From contig CAVUKB010000007.1 in assembly GCA_963741955.1 (NCBI GenBank), forward strand, positions 1,184,001-1,248,000: DNA of 64,000 bases, read 5' to 3'. The position numbers and the translations under genes are program-made. This stretch comes from an uncultured Acidobacteriota bacterium. Lineage in GTDB: Bacteria > Acidobacteriota > Thermoanaerobaculia > Gp7-AA8. Below are positions 29,098-39,325 of the stretch, piece after piece. Below the pieces are notes generated by a model that worked only from the letters and a program-made list of their open reading frames with translations, was not told where the DNA came from and made no database searches. Every line of letters begins with the position of its first letter. The first letter of the stretch is position 1.

Positions 29098-29258
29098 GGA
29101 GTCTGCGCGGTAGAAACGTCCGTAGCGAGAAAGCGGAGCAGCGAGGCCAGATTCGTTCGGATTTGAGGTGCGTAGCGGTGGCTACTCGCCGAAAATCCGG
29201 GCGGATTTGGACCGCTGATCCGCTTTCGCAGTAGGACAGTTTCTACCGCGCAGACTCC
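29098..29258. mobile_element. 161-bp MITE/REP-like element with 20-bp perfect terminal inverted repeats
   Basis: GGAGTCTGCGCGGTAGAAAC (29098-29117) and GTTTCTACCGCGCAGACTCC (29239-29258); internal arms also pair imperfectly. Confidence 0.7.
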
Positions 29259-30091
29259 CAGGCGCCGAGAAGATCGGAGATGATGCTCTCGTCGGGTGCA
29301 GAGCGACGCATCTCGTGACGCAGCCGGATCGGACCGGAGAATGATGGCGTCGCATCGTGAGCGCGGAGCTGCTCGTCCAGACGGCGCTCCAGAATCTCTT
29401 CGATCCCATCTGCGGGCTGGACGATCCCGAGGGCGATGAACTCGGCGGGGCCGATGCGTGCGACAAGATCCGCGTGACGGAAAGTAGAGCGAAGTACGTC
29501 GGCGGCGGTCATCAGAATGTCGTCTCTCACGTCGGGACGGTGTCCCTTTCCGAAGCCCTGGAGATCGGCGGTGGCGCGGAAGGAGAGAACTTCTTTCGCC
29601 CCGAGCGCAGCGAGACGGAGATGTCGCGCCGCGAGCCGGTCGAAACCAAGGCGATTGAGAAGGTGAGTGAGGGGATCGAGCCACTGTTCTTCACTGATCG
29701 CCCGGTCTATGCGGCCGCGCTGGATCGCGTGGATTACAGTCTCGAAAAGATCGATCGGCGAGACCCGTTCCTTCAGCACGTATGCGGAGGCGCCGGCTTC
29801 GACGGACTTTATCGCTGCCGCCTCATCTGCAGATGTCGAGAGAATCACGACCGGGATATGGGGGGCCTGTGCAGTCACTCGAATCAGTGCATCGACTCCC
29901 CAGTCGTCCGGAAGCGTGAGGTCGAGCATGACGAGATCGAAAGGTTCCTCCGCCAGGCGTTCGCCCGCCTCCGCGGCATTTTCGCAGACGGTGGTACGCA
30001 CGCCTTCGAATGCAGTCAGTGCGGTCGAGAGCCGAATCGACCATGAAGGCTCGTCTTCGACGATGAGCAGATGCACCGATCGATCAGTCAT
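29243..30091 (-). CDS. Response regulator receiver fused to degenerate GGDEF domain
   Basis: LLIVEDE, LVMLDLTLPD, AGASAYVLK; DPLTHLLNR; RHAD-LVARI-GPAEF in place of GGDEF. Confidence 0.85.
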   Translation of the reverse strand: MTDRSVHLLIVEDEPSWSIRLSTALTAFEGVRTTVCENAAEAGERLAEEPFDLVMLDLTLPDDWGVDALIRVTAQAPHIPVVILSTSADEAAAIKSVEAGASAYVLKERVSPIDLFETVIHAIQRGRIDRAISEEQWLDPLTHLLNRLGFDRLAARHLRLAALGAKEVLSFRATADLQGFGKGHRPDVRDDILMTAADVLRSTFRHADLVARIGPAEFIALGIVQPADGIEEILERRLDEQLRAHDATPSFSGPIRLRHEMRRSAPDESIISDLLGAWESAR

Positions 30092-30332
30092 GGCAATGCT
30101 TTCCGGGTGAGCGTACGACGCGAGCGCACCCAGTCCAATATCGGTGATGAGCGCCCCGGCTGCAAGTCCGGATGGATGCCGGGGCAAACTTCTTGCAGCC
30201 CGACCACGTCCGTTGCCCGGCGGCCATCGGGCATTTCTGCTGGCCCGACTCGTGAAGGGAACCCCGCCCGGATCGCGGCGTTCCGCTTCGGGAAGTATGT
30301 CCGCTGCGCCAGATGGAGGTCGAAGTCTTTCG

Positions 30333-30989
30333 ATGTCACAGCTGTTCAGCCGATGGACGAATTTGTTTTCGCGTTCGGCTCTCGTACTGGTCGCCGTCGC
30401 GCCGGTCGTGTTCGTCGCCCTCGGGTGGGAGATCTACATGTCATCCTGGACCACACGAGTCGGGCGGCCGATCGACCAGCCGATCCCCTTCAGTCATAAA
30501 CACCACGTCAGCGAAGATGGAATCGACTGCCGCTACTGTCACACGTCGGTCGAGAAGAGCTCCTTTGCCGGCATTCCTCCGATCAAGACGTGCATGACCT
30601 GTCACTCGCAGCTCTACGTGAACAGCCCCATGCTCGCGCCGATACGAAAGAGCTTCGAGAGCGGGATTCCCGTCGAGTGGAACCGGGTGAACCATCTTCC
30701 GGAATTCGTCTTCTTCGATCACAGCATCCACGTCGCGAAGGGTGTCGGATGTTCGACCTGCCACGGACGGGTCGACCAGATGCCGATCACCTGGAAGACC
30801 CACAGCTTCTTCATGCGCTGGTGCCTCGATTGCCACACCCATCCGGAGCGTTACCTCCGGCCCCGCTCGAAGATCTTCGACATGACGTGGGAGCCTCCTC
30901 CGAACCAGATCGCGCTCGGCAAGAGGCTGATCGAAAAGTACGGAATCAACGTGAAGCAGATGACTGACTGCACCATGTGCCATCGATGA
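30333..30989 (+). CDS. actA: Alternative complex III pentaheme cytochrome c
   Basis: N-terminal TM, QPIPFSHKHH, five CxxCH (CRYCH, CMTCH, CSTCH, CLDCH, CTMCH). Confidence 0.93.
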   Translation: MSQLFSRWTNLFSRSALVLVAVAPVVFVALGWEIYMSSWTTRVGRPIDQPIPFSHKHHVSEDGIDCRYCHTSVEKSSFAGIPPIKTCMTCHSQLYVNSPMLAPIRKSFESGIPVEWNRVNHLPEFVFFDHSIHVAKGVGCSTCHGRVDQMPITWKTHSFFMRWCLDCHTHPERYLRPRSKIFDMTWEPPPNQIALGKRLIEKYGINVKQMTDCTMCHR

Positions 30990-33988
30990 GAAATCCGGAG
31001 ACAGAAAGACTCGATCTCGACGTGATCCGCCGCCGCATCGAAGAAGCGGGCGACGGTTACTCGTGGCGAAGCCTGGACGAGGTCGCCGCCACCGAAGAGT
31101 TCCAGGAGTACCTGCAGTACGAGTTCACGGAACAGCAGGAGATCTGGAGTGATCCGGTCAGCCGCCGCAACTTTCTCAAGCTGATGGCGGGCTCGTTCGC
31201 TCTCGCCGGCCTGACCGGCTGCATCAAGTTCCCGGCGGACAAGATCGTCCCGTACATCGACCAGCCGGAGATGCTCGTCCCCGGCCAGCCTCTCTGGTTC
31301 GCGACGGCGGTTCCGTTCCGCGGCTTCGGACGCGGTGCGATCGTCCGCAGTAACGAGGGGCGTCCGACCAAGATCGACGGAAACCGGAGGCACCCGGCGA
31401 CGCTCGGTGCGACCGACCCGTTCATGCAGGGCGAGCTGATCGCGATGTACGACCCAGAACGCGCGCAGTCCTTCCGTGTGGACGGGAGAGTGACCACCGC
31501 GGAGACGTTCATCGACGAGATGCTTCTGGTTCTCGAGCGTGAGGCGGCCCGTCAGGGGTCAGGTCTGCGGATCCTGACGGGGACCGTCACGTCGCCCACC
31601 ATCGGCGCCCAGCTGAAGGCGATCCAGCAGAAATATCCGGCCGCGCGATGGCACCAGTGGGAACCGGTCAATCACGACACCGAGTACCGCGCGGTCCGCA
31701 CCGCGTTCGGCGGCGACTACGATCTCAGCTATCGATTCGATCGCGCGAAAGTGATTCTTTCGCTCGATTCCGACTTCATGTTCGGTCACCCCGGGAGCAT
31801 CCGTTTCGCCCGCGACTTCTCGTCCACGCGGCGGGTGATCGACGAGACGCCGGCGGAGATGAATCGCTTCTACTCGGTGGAGGTGATCCCGACCGTCACC
31901 GGCTCGGTGGCCGACCATCACCTGGCGCTCCAGGCCCGCGACATCCAGGCCTTCGCTCGCGATCTCGCGGCCCGGCTCGGGGTCGCGGGCGCCGCGCGCG
32001 ACGCGTCGTGGATGACTCGAGACCGCGACGAAAAGGAGAAGTGGATCTCGGCTCTGGCGCGCGAGCTCGTCGCGAATCGAGGTCAGTCACTCGTGGTCGC
32101 GGGTGAGCATCAGCCCGAGGTGGTCCACCTCGCCGCGATGGCGATCAATCAGATCCTCGGCAACTTCGGGGAGACCGTCGTCGTTCTTCCCCCGTCGGCG
32201 GTCCAGCCGGTCGATCACCTCCAGTCGCTGCGGGAGCTCGCCGCGGACATGGCCGCCGGAAAGGTCGAGACGCTCTTCATCATCGGCGGCAATCCGGTCT
32301 ACGACACCCCCGGCGATCTCGAATTCTCCCGGCTTCTGGAAAAGGTGCGGACACGCGTGCATCTCTCGCTCTACGAGAACGAGACGTCGCTGAAGTGCAA
32401 CTGGCTCGTGCCTCGTAAACACTTTCTCGAGGATTGGTCCGACATTCGCGCGTTCGACGGGACCATCTCGATCATCCAGCCTCTCATCGCACCTCTGTAC
32501 GAGTCGCGATCGCCCCACGAGCTTCTCTCTCTCATCGCACACGAGCCGGCGCGCACCTCCCACGACATCGTCAAGGAGTCGTGGCGGACTCAGTCCGGCT
32601 CGGCCGATTTCGAGACGTTCTGGGAGACCTCGCTCCTCCATGGAGTGGTGGACGGTACCGCGCACGCCGACACCGGTCTCACCCCATCCGTGCCCACCGC
32701 CGCGCTCCAGCCTCCCGCAACGAACCGCATCGGAGGACTGGAAGTGGTCTTCCGGCCCGATCCGACGGTCTGGGATGGAGAGTACGCACAGAACTCGTGG
32801 CTTCAGGAGCTCCCGAAGCCGATCACGAAGCTCACCTGGGACAACGCGATCCTGATCAGTCCCTCCACCGCGGACCGCTTCGCGCTGCAGAACGAGTGGG
32901 TGGTGAAGGTCCGTGCGCGCGGGGCGGAGGTGGCGGGAGCGATCTGGATGGTGCCGGGGATGCCGGACGACACCGTCGTCCTGAATCTCGGCTACGGGCG
33001 CAAGACCGGACACCCCGAGGGAGCGGGAGGCGGCTTCAATGCGTACCTGCTCCGCCCGAGCGATTCGATGCTCTGGGTGGAGGGGGCGGAAATGGTGAAG
33101 GGTGCCGGGAAGTACGCACTCGCGTCGACCCAGCACCATCAGACCATGCAGGGGCGGGACATGCTCCGCCACGCGACGCTCGAGGAGTATCGGAGGGTTC
33201 CCGATTTCGTTCGACGCCCCGACAAGGAGCCTGCTCCGGACGAGACGATGTATCCGCCCTGGCCCTACGACGGCTACAAGTGGGGGATGTCGATCGACCT
33301 GAATACATGTATCGGCTGCGCCGCGTGCGTCATCGCCTGTCAGGCGGAGAACAACATTCCGGTGGTGGGAAAGAAGGAAACGGTCCGGAATCGCGAGATG
33401 CACTGGCTCCGCATCGACCGTTACTACACCGGTATCCTGGAAAAGCCGAAGATCTACTGGGAACCGGTGCCGTGCATGCACTGCGAGAACGCACCGTGCG
33501 AGTACGTCTGTCCGGTCGGCGCGACGGTTCACAGCAGCGACGGCCTCAATCAGATGATCTACAACCGCTGCATCGGAACCCGTTACTGCTCGAACAACTG
33601 TCCATACAAAGTGCGCCGCTTCAACTTCCTCCAATACACCCCGGACGACATTCCGACGTACGCGATGATGGCCAATCCGAACGTCACCGTCCGAAGCCGC
33701 GGGGTGATGGAGAAGTGCAGTTACTGCGTGCAGCGGATCAGTGCCGCTCGCATCCAGGCGGAGAAGGAGATGCGCCGGATCCGCGACGGGGAAGTCACCA
33801 CCGCCTGTCAGGATGCCTGTCCCACACAGGCGATCGTCTTCGGCGACCTCAACGACCGGAGCTCGAAGCTGCGGAAGCTCAAAGCGCTTCCCCGTGACTA
33901 CGGAATCCTCACCGAACTCAATACCCGGCCGCGGACCACGTACCTCGGCAAGATCGAAAATCCCAACCCGGAGATCGAGACGGAGTAG
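30986..33988 (+). CDS. actB: Alternative complex III subunit B (molybdopterin-oxidoreductase-like + 4Fe-4S)
   Basis: WRSLDE, Tat motif SRRNFLK, EGRPTKIDGN, NSWLQELPKP, CIGCAACVIAC, CMHCENAPC, RGVMEKC. Confidence 0.95.
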   Translation: MRNPETERLDLDVIRRRIEEAGDGYSWRSLDEVAATEEFQEYLQYEFTEQQEIWSDPVSRRNFLKLMAGSFALAGLTGCIKFPADKIVPYIDQPEMLVPGQPLWFATAVPFRGFGRGAIVRSNEGRPTKIDGNRRHPATLGATDPFMQGELIAMYDPERAQSFRVDGRVTTAETFIDEMLLVLEREAARQGSGLRILTGTVTSPTIGAQLKAIQQKYPAARWHQWEPVNHDTEYRAVRTAFGGDYDLSYRFDRAKVILSLDSDFMFGHPGSIRFARDFSSTRRVIDETPAEMNRFYSVEVIPTVTGSVADHHLALQARDIQAFARDLAARLGVAGAARDASWMTRDRDEKEKWISALARELVANRGQSLVVAGEHQPEVVHLAAMAINQILGNFGETVVVLPPSAVQPVDHLQSLRELAADMAAGKVETLFIIGGNPVYDTPGDLEFSRLLEKVRTRVHLSLYENETSLKCNWLVPRKHFLEDWSDIRAFDGTISIIQPLIAPLYESRSPHELLSLIAHEPARTSHDIVKESWRTQSGSADFETFWETSLLHGVVDGTAHADTGLTPSVPTAALQPPATNRIGGLEVVFRPDPTVWDGEYAQNSWLQELPKPITKLTWDNAILISPSTADRFALQNEWVVKVRARGAEVAGAIWMVPGMPDDTVVLNLGYGRKTGHPEGAGGGFNAYLLRPSDSMLWVEGAEMVKGAGKYALASTQHHQTMQGRDMLRHATLEEYRRVPDFVRRPDKEPAPDETMYPPWPYDGYKWGMSIDLNTCIGCAACVIACQAENNIPVVGKKETVRNREMHWLRIDRYYTGILEKPKIYWEPVPCMHCENAPCEYVCPVGATVHSSDGLNQMIYNRCIGTRYCSNNCPYKVRRFNFLQYTPDDIPTYAMMANPNVTVRSRGVMEKCSYCVQRISAARIQAEKEMRRIRDGEVTTACQDACPTQAIVFGDLNDRSSKLRKLKALPRDYGILTELNTRPRTTYLGKIENPNPEIETE

Positions 33989-33990
33989 AC

Positions 33991-35376
33991 GTGTCGGAGA
34001 AGAGACAAAGGACCGCATCTTTCGGCCAGCAGGCGCCGGTGATCGACGAGAGCCAGACCTACGAAGAAGTCTCCAGTCTGATCACGAAGATCGTCACCGA
34101 CCGCCCGCAGTCGAAGAAGTGGTGGCTCGGCTTCGCGATCTCGTTCGTCCTGACCATGGTCCTGTTCTGGGGGATCGCGGTTCTCCTCATCAATGGTCCG
34201 GGTATCTGGGGGATCAACATTCCGGTTGCGTGGGGATTCGCGATCACGAATTTCGTCTGGTGGATCGGAATCGGCCACGCCGGAACGCTGATCTCCGCAA
34301 TTCTGCTTCTCCTCCATCAGGAGTGGCGGACCTCGATCAACCGCTTCGCTGAAGCCATGACCCTCTTCGCAGTCGCCTGCGCGGGGCTATGGCCGTTGCT
34401 GCACCTCGGACGTCCCTGGCTCTTCTACTGGATCATTCCCTATCCCGACACCATGAACATGTGGCCGCAGTTCCGGAGTCCTCTGGTGTGGGACTTCTTC
34501 GCCGTCTCCACGTACGCGACGGTGTCGCTGATCTTCTGGTACATGGGAATGGTTCCCGACCTCGCCACGGTGCGTGATCGGGCGACGCGCAAGACTCAGC
34601 GCATCGTGTTCGGCATCATGGCCCTCGGGTGGAGAGGCGCGTCGCGACACTGGCACCGGTACGAAAAGGGATATCTGATTCTCGCCGGCCTCGCCACGCC
34701 GCTCGTTCTTTCCGTCCACAGCGTGGTCAGCTTCGATTTCACCATCGCCATCGTTCCCGGCTGGCATTCGACGATCTTCCCTCCGTACTTCGTCGCCGGG
34801 GCGATCTTTTCCGGATTCGCGATGGTGCTCACACTCTCCATTCCGTTGCGCAAGTTCTACCACCTCGAGAAGGTGCTCACCATCCGGCATCTCGACAACT
34901 CCGCGAAGCTGATGCTCGCCACCGGATTGATCGTCGCGTACGGCTACCTCAACGAGCACTTCCTCGCCTGGTACGGCAACGACAAGTACGACATCTACAT
35001 GGACCTGAACCGGATCGTCGGTCCCTACGCCGCGGGATGGTGGGTGCTCATGTTCTGCAACGTGATCGCTCCTCAGATCCTCTGGTGGAAAAGATTCAGG
35101 CGAAACGTCCCGCTTCTCTTCGTGATCTCGCTGATCGTCAACGTAGGAATGTGGACCGAGCGCTTCGTGATCGTGGTCACCAGTCTGCACCGCGACTACC
35201 TCCCGTCGTCATGGGGGATGTTCTGGCCGACGTTCTGGGACTGGGCGATGCTGATCGGATCGCTCGGATTGTTCACCGCTCTCTTCTTTCTCTTCGTGCG
35301 CTTCCTTCCTCAAAGCTCGATGTCGGAGATGCGGAAGCTCATCGCGGAGAAGAGAGGAATCGTGGAGGAGAGCTGA
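33991..35376 (+). CDS. actC: Alternative complex III subunit C (NrfD family)
   Basis: NFVWWIGIGHAGTLISA, WRTSINRFAEAMT, FRSPLVWDFFAV. Confidence 0.95.
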   Translation: MSEKRQRTASFGQQAPVIDESQTYEEVSSLITKIVTDRPQSKKWWLGFAISFVLTMVLFWGIAVLLINGPGIWGINIPVAWGFAITNFVWWIGIGHAGTLISAILLLLHQEWRTSINRFAEAMTLFAVACAGLWPLLHLGRPWLFYWIIPYPDTMNMWPQFRSPLVWDFFAVSTYATVSLIFWYMGMVPDLATVRDRATRKTQRIVFGIMALGWRGASRHWHRYEKGYLILAGLATPLVLSVHSVVSFDFTIAIVPGWHSTIFPPYFVAGAIFSGFAMVLTLSIPLRKFYHLEKVLTIRHLDNSAKLMLATGLIVAYGYLNEHFLAWYGNDKYDIYMDLNRIVGPYAAGWWVLMFCNVIAPQILWWKRFRRNVPLLFVISLIVNVGMWTERFVIVVTSLHRDYLPSSWGMFWPTFWDWAMLIGSLGLFTALFFLFVRFLPQSSMSEMRKLIAEKRGIVEES

Positions 35377-35379
35377 CCG

Positions 35380-35919
35380 ATGGGAACGAAGGAAGGTCTG
35401 TACGGGCTGCTAGCCGAGTTCAACACCGTGGACGGGATCAAAGATGCGGCGTGCGAGACGCATCTCGCCGGGTACCGGAAGTTCGAAGCGTACACGCCGT
35501 TTCCGGTCGAAGGTCTCCCGGAGGCGGTGGGGATGAAGTGGAGCTTCGTGCCGTTCTTCTCGCTCGGAGGAGGGATCACCGGAGGACTGGGCGGATTCTT
35601 CATGTGCTACTACGCGAACATGTACGACTACCCGCTGAACGTGGCGGGGAAGCCGCTCAACAGCTGGCCGTCGTTCATTCCGGTGACGTTCGAGCTCACC
35701 ATACTCGGCGCTGCACTCGCCACAGTACTCGCGGAGCTCCTCCTCAACCGGCTTCCGATGCCGAACCATCCCGTTTTCAACGACCCGCGCTTTCTCCGCG
35801 CCTCCAGCGACCGTTTCTTTCTCTGTGTGGAAGCGGAAGATCCGGAATTCGATCTGAAGAAGACCCGCGAGTTCCTCGAGAAGCTGACCCCTCACGTCGT
35901 GTCGGAGGTGGAGTGGTGA
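35380..35919 (+). CDS. actD: Alternative complex III subunit D (DUF3341)
   Basis: EAYTPFPVEGL, DYPLNVAGKP, FIPVTFELTIL, DRFFL. Confidence 0.92.
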   Translation: MGTKEGLYGLLAEFNTVDGIKDAACETHLAGYRKFEAYTPFPVEGLPEAVGMKWSFVPFFSLGGGITGGLGGFFMCYYANMYDYPLNVAGKPLNSWPSFIPVTFELTILGAALATVLAELLLNRLPMPNHPVFNDPRFLRASSDRFFLCVEAEDPEFDLKKTREFLEKLTPHVVSEVEW

Positions 35920-36494
35920 TGCGCTGGCCCACACTCTTCGCTCTGACCCTGTGCGTTCTCGCGACCGCCGGCTGCGAGCGGTTCATGCACTCGCAGCCGA
36001 AGTTCAGGCCTCTGGAGAAGACCGAGTTCTTCCGCGATCACAACTCGTCGCGGCCGATCGTCGAAGACACCATTCCTCAGGGACACCTGCAGCTCGATCA
36101 GAAGTATCTGACCGGCGAAGCGAACGGCGAGCACGCGATGTCGTTTCCCTTCCCCATCACCATGAAAGTGCTCGAGCAGGGAAGGGATCGCTTCGACATC
36201 TTCTGCGCGCCGTGTCACGGACTGGAGGGTGACGGCAGAGGAATGGTCCCGCGACTCGGATTCAAACAGCCGCCGTCCTATCACACGGATCGTCTCCGCG
36301 CCGCGCCTCCGGGACATTTCGTGCACGTGATGACGTACGGATACGGAGTGATGTTCGACTACCGCGACCGGCTCACTCCGGAGGAGCGCTGGGCGGTGGC
36401 CGCGTACATCCGAGCGCTCCAGCTCTCGCACAACGCGAGGATCACCGACGTCCCGAACGACGAGCGGGGAAGGCTTCTGAAGGGGAGCTCATGA
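35919..36494 (+). CDS. actE: Alternative complex III monoheme lipoprotein subunit E
   Basis: ATG overlaps actD stop; lipobox TAGC; MHSQPKF; CAPCHG; ERWAVAAYIRALQ. Confidence 0.9.
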   Translation: MRWPTLFALTLCVLATAGCERFMHSQPKFRPLEKTEFFRDHNSSRPIVEDTIPQGHLQLDQKYLTGEANGEHAMSFPFPITMKVLEQGRDRFDIFCAPCHGLEGDGRGMVPRLGFKQPPSYHTDRLRAAPPGHFVHVMTYGYGVMFDYRDRLTPEERWAVAAYIRALQLSHNARITDVPNDERGRLLKGSS

Positions 36495-37648
36495 TCGAGA
36501 TCGAAGGGACGGTGAGATTCCAGCGACGGGCGGCGCTCTTCGGAGCGATCGCGCTCGCGGCTTCGATCGTCTGGGGATTCTTCCGCCCGGATCAGTTCTT
36601 CCAGGCCTGGCTGGTGGGATACATCTACTGGCTGGGGATCTCCCTCGGAAGCCTCTCGCTGCTGATGGTCTACTACCTCACCGGAGGAATGTGGGGCTAC
36701 GTCCCACGCCGTCCGCTGGAGGCAGCGGCGAACACCCTTCCTCTGATGGTGGTCTATTGCATCCCGGTGATGATCGGGATGCACTATCTCTATCCCTGGT
36801 CCCGCCCCGGTGCGCTGCTCGATCCCGACATCAAACACCAGTATCCGTATCTCAACATCCCGTTCTTCGTCATCCGCGCGATTTTCTATTTCGCCATCTG
36901 GATTCTGCTGGCGTGGTGGTATCGGCGGAAGTCGGCGCTGCAGGACGAGACTGCAGACGAATCGATCCAGATGCGGCTCTTTCAGGTCAGCGGCCCGGCC
37001 CTGGTCGTCTATTGCGTTCTGACGACGTTCGCGGGATGGGACTGGATCATGTCGATCGCGCCGAAATGGCACTCCACGATCTTCGGAATGGTGGTGATCG
37101 TCAATCAGGGCCTCTCTGCCATGGCCTTCGCCGTCGCAATCACGTTCTGGCTCTGGAAGCGCCCGGAGATCCGGCGTTACGCCAACGCGGAAGTCTTCCA
37201 CGACATGGGGAACATGCTCCTGATGTTCATCATGTTCTGGGCCTACGTCGTATTCTCCCAGTTCCTGATCATCTGGTCCGGCAATCTCAAATCCGAGATC
37301 GCATGGTATCTCCCCCGATACAAGACGAACTGGATCGGCATCGGCCTCTTCATCGTCCTCTTCTACTTCTTCATCCCGTTTCTCTTTCTCCTCTTCCGCT
37401 GGGTCAAGAGCGGTCGCGGATTCATCATCGGAATCGCCGGAGCGCTTCTCTTCGTGCGATTGATCGACGTGATCTGGACGATCGAGCCGAACTTCCATCC
37501 CACCGGCCTCTCCATCTCGTGGATGGACATTCTCGTCCCCGTCGGGATGGGCGCGTTCTGGATGGTCTGGTTCCTCTGGGAACTGAAGAAGCTTCCTCTC
37601 CTGGCGCTGCACGACGCGAGGATCGAACGGATCGAGGAGCGTGCCTGA
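36491..37648 (+). CDS. actF: Alternative complex III subunit F
   Basis: Polytopic; DWIMSIAPKWHSTIFG, HDMGNM, SQFLIIWSGNL. Confidence 0.92.
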   Translation: MIEIEGTVRFQRRAALFGAIALAASIVWGFFRPDQFFQAWLVGYIYWLGISLGSLSLLMVYYLTGGMWGYVPRRPLEAAANTLPLMVVYCIPVMIGMHYLYPWSRPGALLDPDIKHQYPYLNIPFFVIRAIFYFAIWILLAWWYRRKSALQDETADESIQMRLFQVSGPALVVYCVLTTFAGWDWIMSIAPKWHSTIFGMVVIVNQGLSAMAFAVAITFWLWKRPEIRRYANAEVFHDMGNMLLMFIMFWAYVVFSQFLIIWSGNLKSEIAWYLPRYKTNWIGIGLFIVLFYFFIPFLFLLFRWVKSGRGFIIGIAGALLFVRLIDVIWTIEPNFHPTGLSISWMDILVPVGMGAFWMVWFLWELKKLPLLALHDARIERIEERA

Positions 37649-38324
37649 CGTGAGCGAGCGCGAACGAAAGGATCGGAACAGCGTCAGCGCCTGGTGGGCC
37701 GTGGTGGGCGCGCTGGTCGCAGAGCGTGTCGGAAAAGCGTTCCGCCGCCGGCGCGAACGTGCGTCTCGAACCGAAAGGATTCACGGCGAGGCGGAGACGG
37801 TGGAGAAGAAGCCTCAGCACGCCCACGAGACGAGCGATGCGAATCCGAAGGGCCTCTTCATCTTCGTGATCTGCGCCCTTGCCGCTCTCTCCGGCATCGT
37901 CTTCATTCCGCAGGCGGTGATGAACTACCTCGAGCATCACGACAGGGAAGGGACGATTCAGGAACGTATCAAACCGAGAGGACCACTTCCTCCGGAGCCG
38001 CGCCTGACGAACGAGCCGGCCCTGAAGTGGGAAGCGGTGCGAGGCGAGGCGGTTCACGATCTCGTCACGTATGGATGGGTGGACCGCACCAAGGGAGTGG
38101 TCCGCATTCCGATCGAGCGAGCGATGGAGCTGATCGCCGCGGCGGGACCGGACAAGGCGCGGCATTCTCCGCCGCCCGTCCCGATGCCGGTCGCGTCGGA
38201 AGGCGCCGGGGCGACGAGCACCTCGCCGCCGCCGGAGGGGAACGCGGTGCCGGCCGAAACCGTCCCGCACCCGAACCAGCCTCAGACCCTGAATTCCGCG
38301 ACGCTCCACGGAGGGCACCGATGA
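37641..38324 (+). CDS. ActG-like single-TM protein (start uncertain)
   Basis: HETSDAN, TM, PPEPRL, YGWVDRTKGVVRIPIERAM; lies between actF and the oxidase genes. Confidence 0.75.
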   Translation: MPDVSERERKDRNSVSAWWAVVGALVAERVGKAFRRRRERASRTERIHGEAETVEKKPQHAHETSDANPKGLFIFVICALAALSGIVFIPQAVMNYLEHHDREGTIQERIKPRGPLPPEPRLTNEPALKWEAVRGEAVHDLVTYGWVDRTKGVVRIPIERAMELIAAAGPDKARHSPPPVPMPVASEGAGATSTSPPPEGNAVPAETVPHPNQPQTLNSATLHGGHR

Positions 38325-39325
38325 CGGCGCTCGCATTCCTTCTGGTCCGGCTCTTTCCCGTCGAAGGTTCGTCGATGGCGTCCCGGGTGGACAGTCTCTA
38401 CTTCTTCCTTCTCGGGCTCTGCGGATTCGTATCTTTCGGCATCTTCGTGATGATCGTCTATTACTCGATCAAGTACCGGGCCGGAGCGAAAGTGGACCGC
38501 TCGAACCCGGTGATGGGATCGTATTTCATCGAGACCTCCTGGGCGGTGATCCCGTTTCTGATCTTCCTCTTCATCTTCGCCTGGGGCGCGAAGATCTACT
38601 TCGACGAAGGGGTCCCTCCGAAGAATGCCTCGCCGATCTACGTCGTGGCGAAACAGTGGATGTGGAAGATCCAGCATCCGAACGGGCGGAGGGAGATCGA
38701 CGAGCTGCACCTCGAGGTGAACCAGCCGGTCCGGCTTCTGATGATCTCCGAGGACGTCATTCACAGCTTTTACGTTCCGCAGTTCAGGCAGAAGCAGGAC
38801 GTCCTGCCGCGACGTTACACCTCTCTCTGGTTCCAACCGACGAAGGTGGGTACTTACGATCTCGAGTGTGCCGAGTACTGCGGCACGAACCATTCCCGGA
38901 TGATCGGCCACGTGGTGGTGATGACCCCCGAGGATTACCAGCGCTGGCTGTCGGGAGAGACGCGGAAGATCGCGGACAACATGCCGATGGTCGAAGCGGG
39001 ACGAGTTCTCTACAACCGCTTCGGCTGCGTGACCTGTCACGAGTCCGGTGGACCGAAGGGACCGAGCCTGGTGGGACTCTCCGGACGCACGGTCCGCCTC
39101 GCGGACGGTCGCACGATCGTTGCAGACGAGAGCTACCTCCGGGAATCGATCCTTCAATCGCACAAGAAAGTGGTGGCCGGCTACGACCCGTTGATGCCGG
39201 TGTTTCAGGGACAGATGAGCGAGACCGAAGTGATGGAGCTCATCGCATTCATCAAATCCATGGAGAAGAGTGAGCCATCTGATGTCGTCCATCAGCGTGA
39301 ACGCGCCCAAAGCCCGAACGACTGA
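38321..39325 (+). CDS. coxB: Cytochrome c oxidase subunit II with fused cytochrome c (caa3-type)
   Basis: KQWMW, EDVIHSF, CuA motif [13 protein letters not shown]-terminal CVTCH. Confidence 0.94.
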   Translation: MTALAFLLVRLFPVEGSSMASRVDSLYFFLLGLCGFVSFGIFVMIVYYSIKYRAGAKVDRSNPVMGSYFIETSWAVIPFLIFLFIFAWGAKIYFDEGVPPKNASPIYVVAKQWMWKIQHPNGRREIDELHLEVNQPVRLLMISEDVIHSFYVPQFRQKQDVLPRRYTSLWFQPTKVGTYDLECAEYCGTNHSRMIGHVVVMTPEDYQRWLSGETRKIADNMPMVEAGRVLYNRFGCVTCHESGGPKGPSLVGLSGRTVRLADGRTIVADESYLRESILQSHKKVVAGYDPLMPVFQGQMSETEVMELIAFIKSMEKSEPSDVVHQRERAQSPND

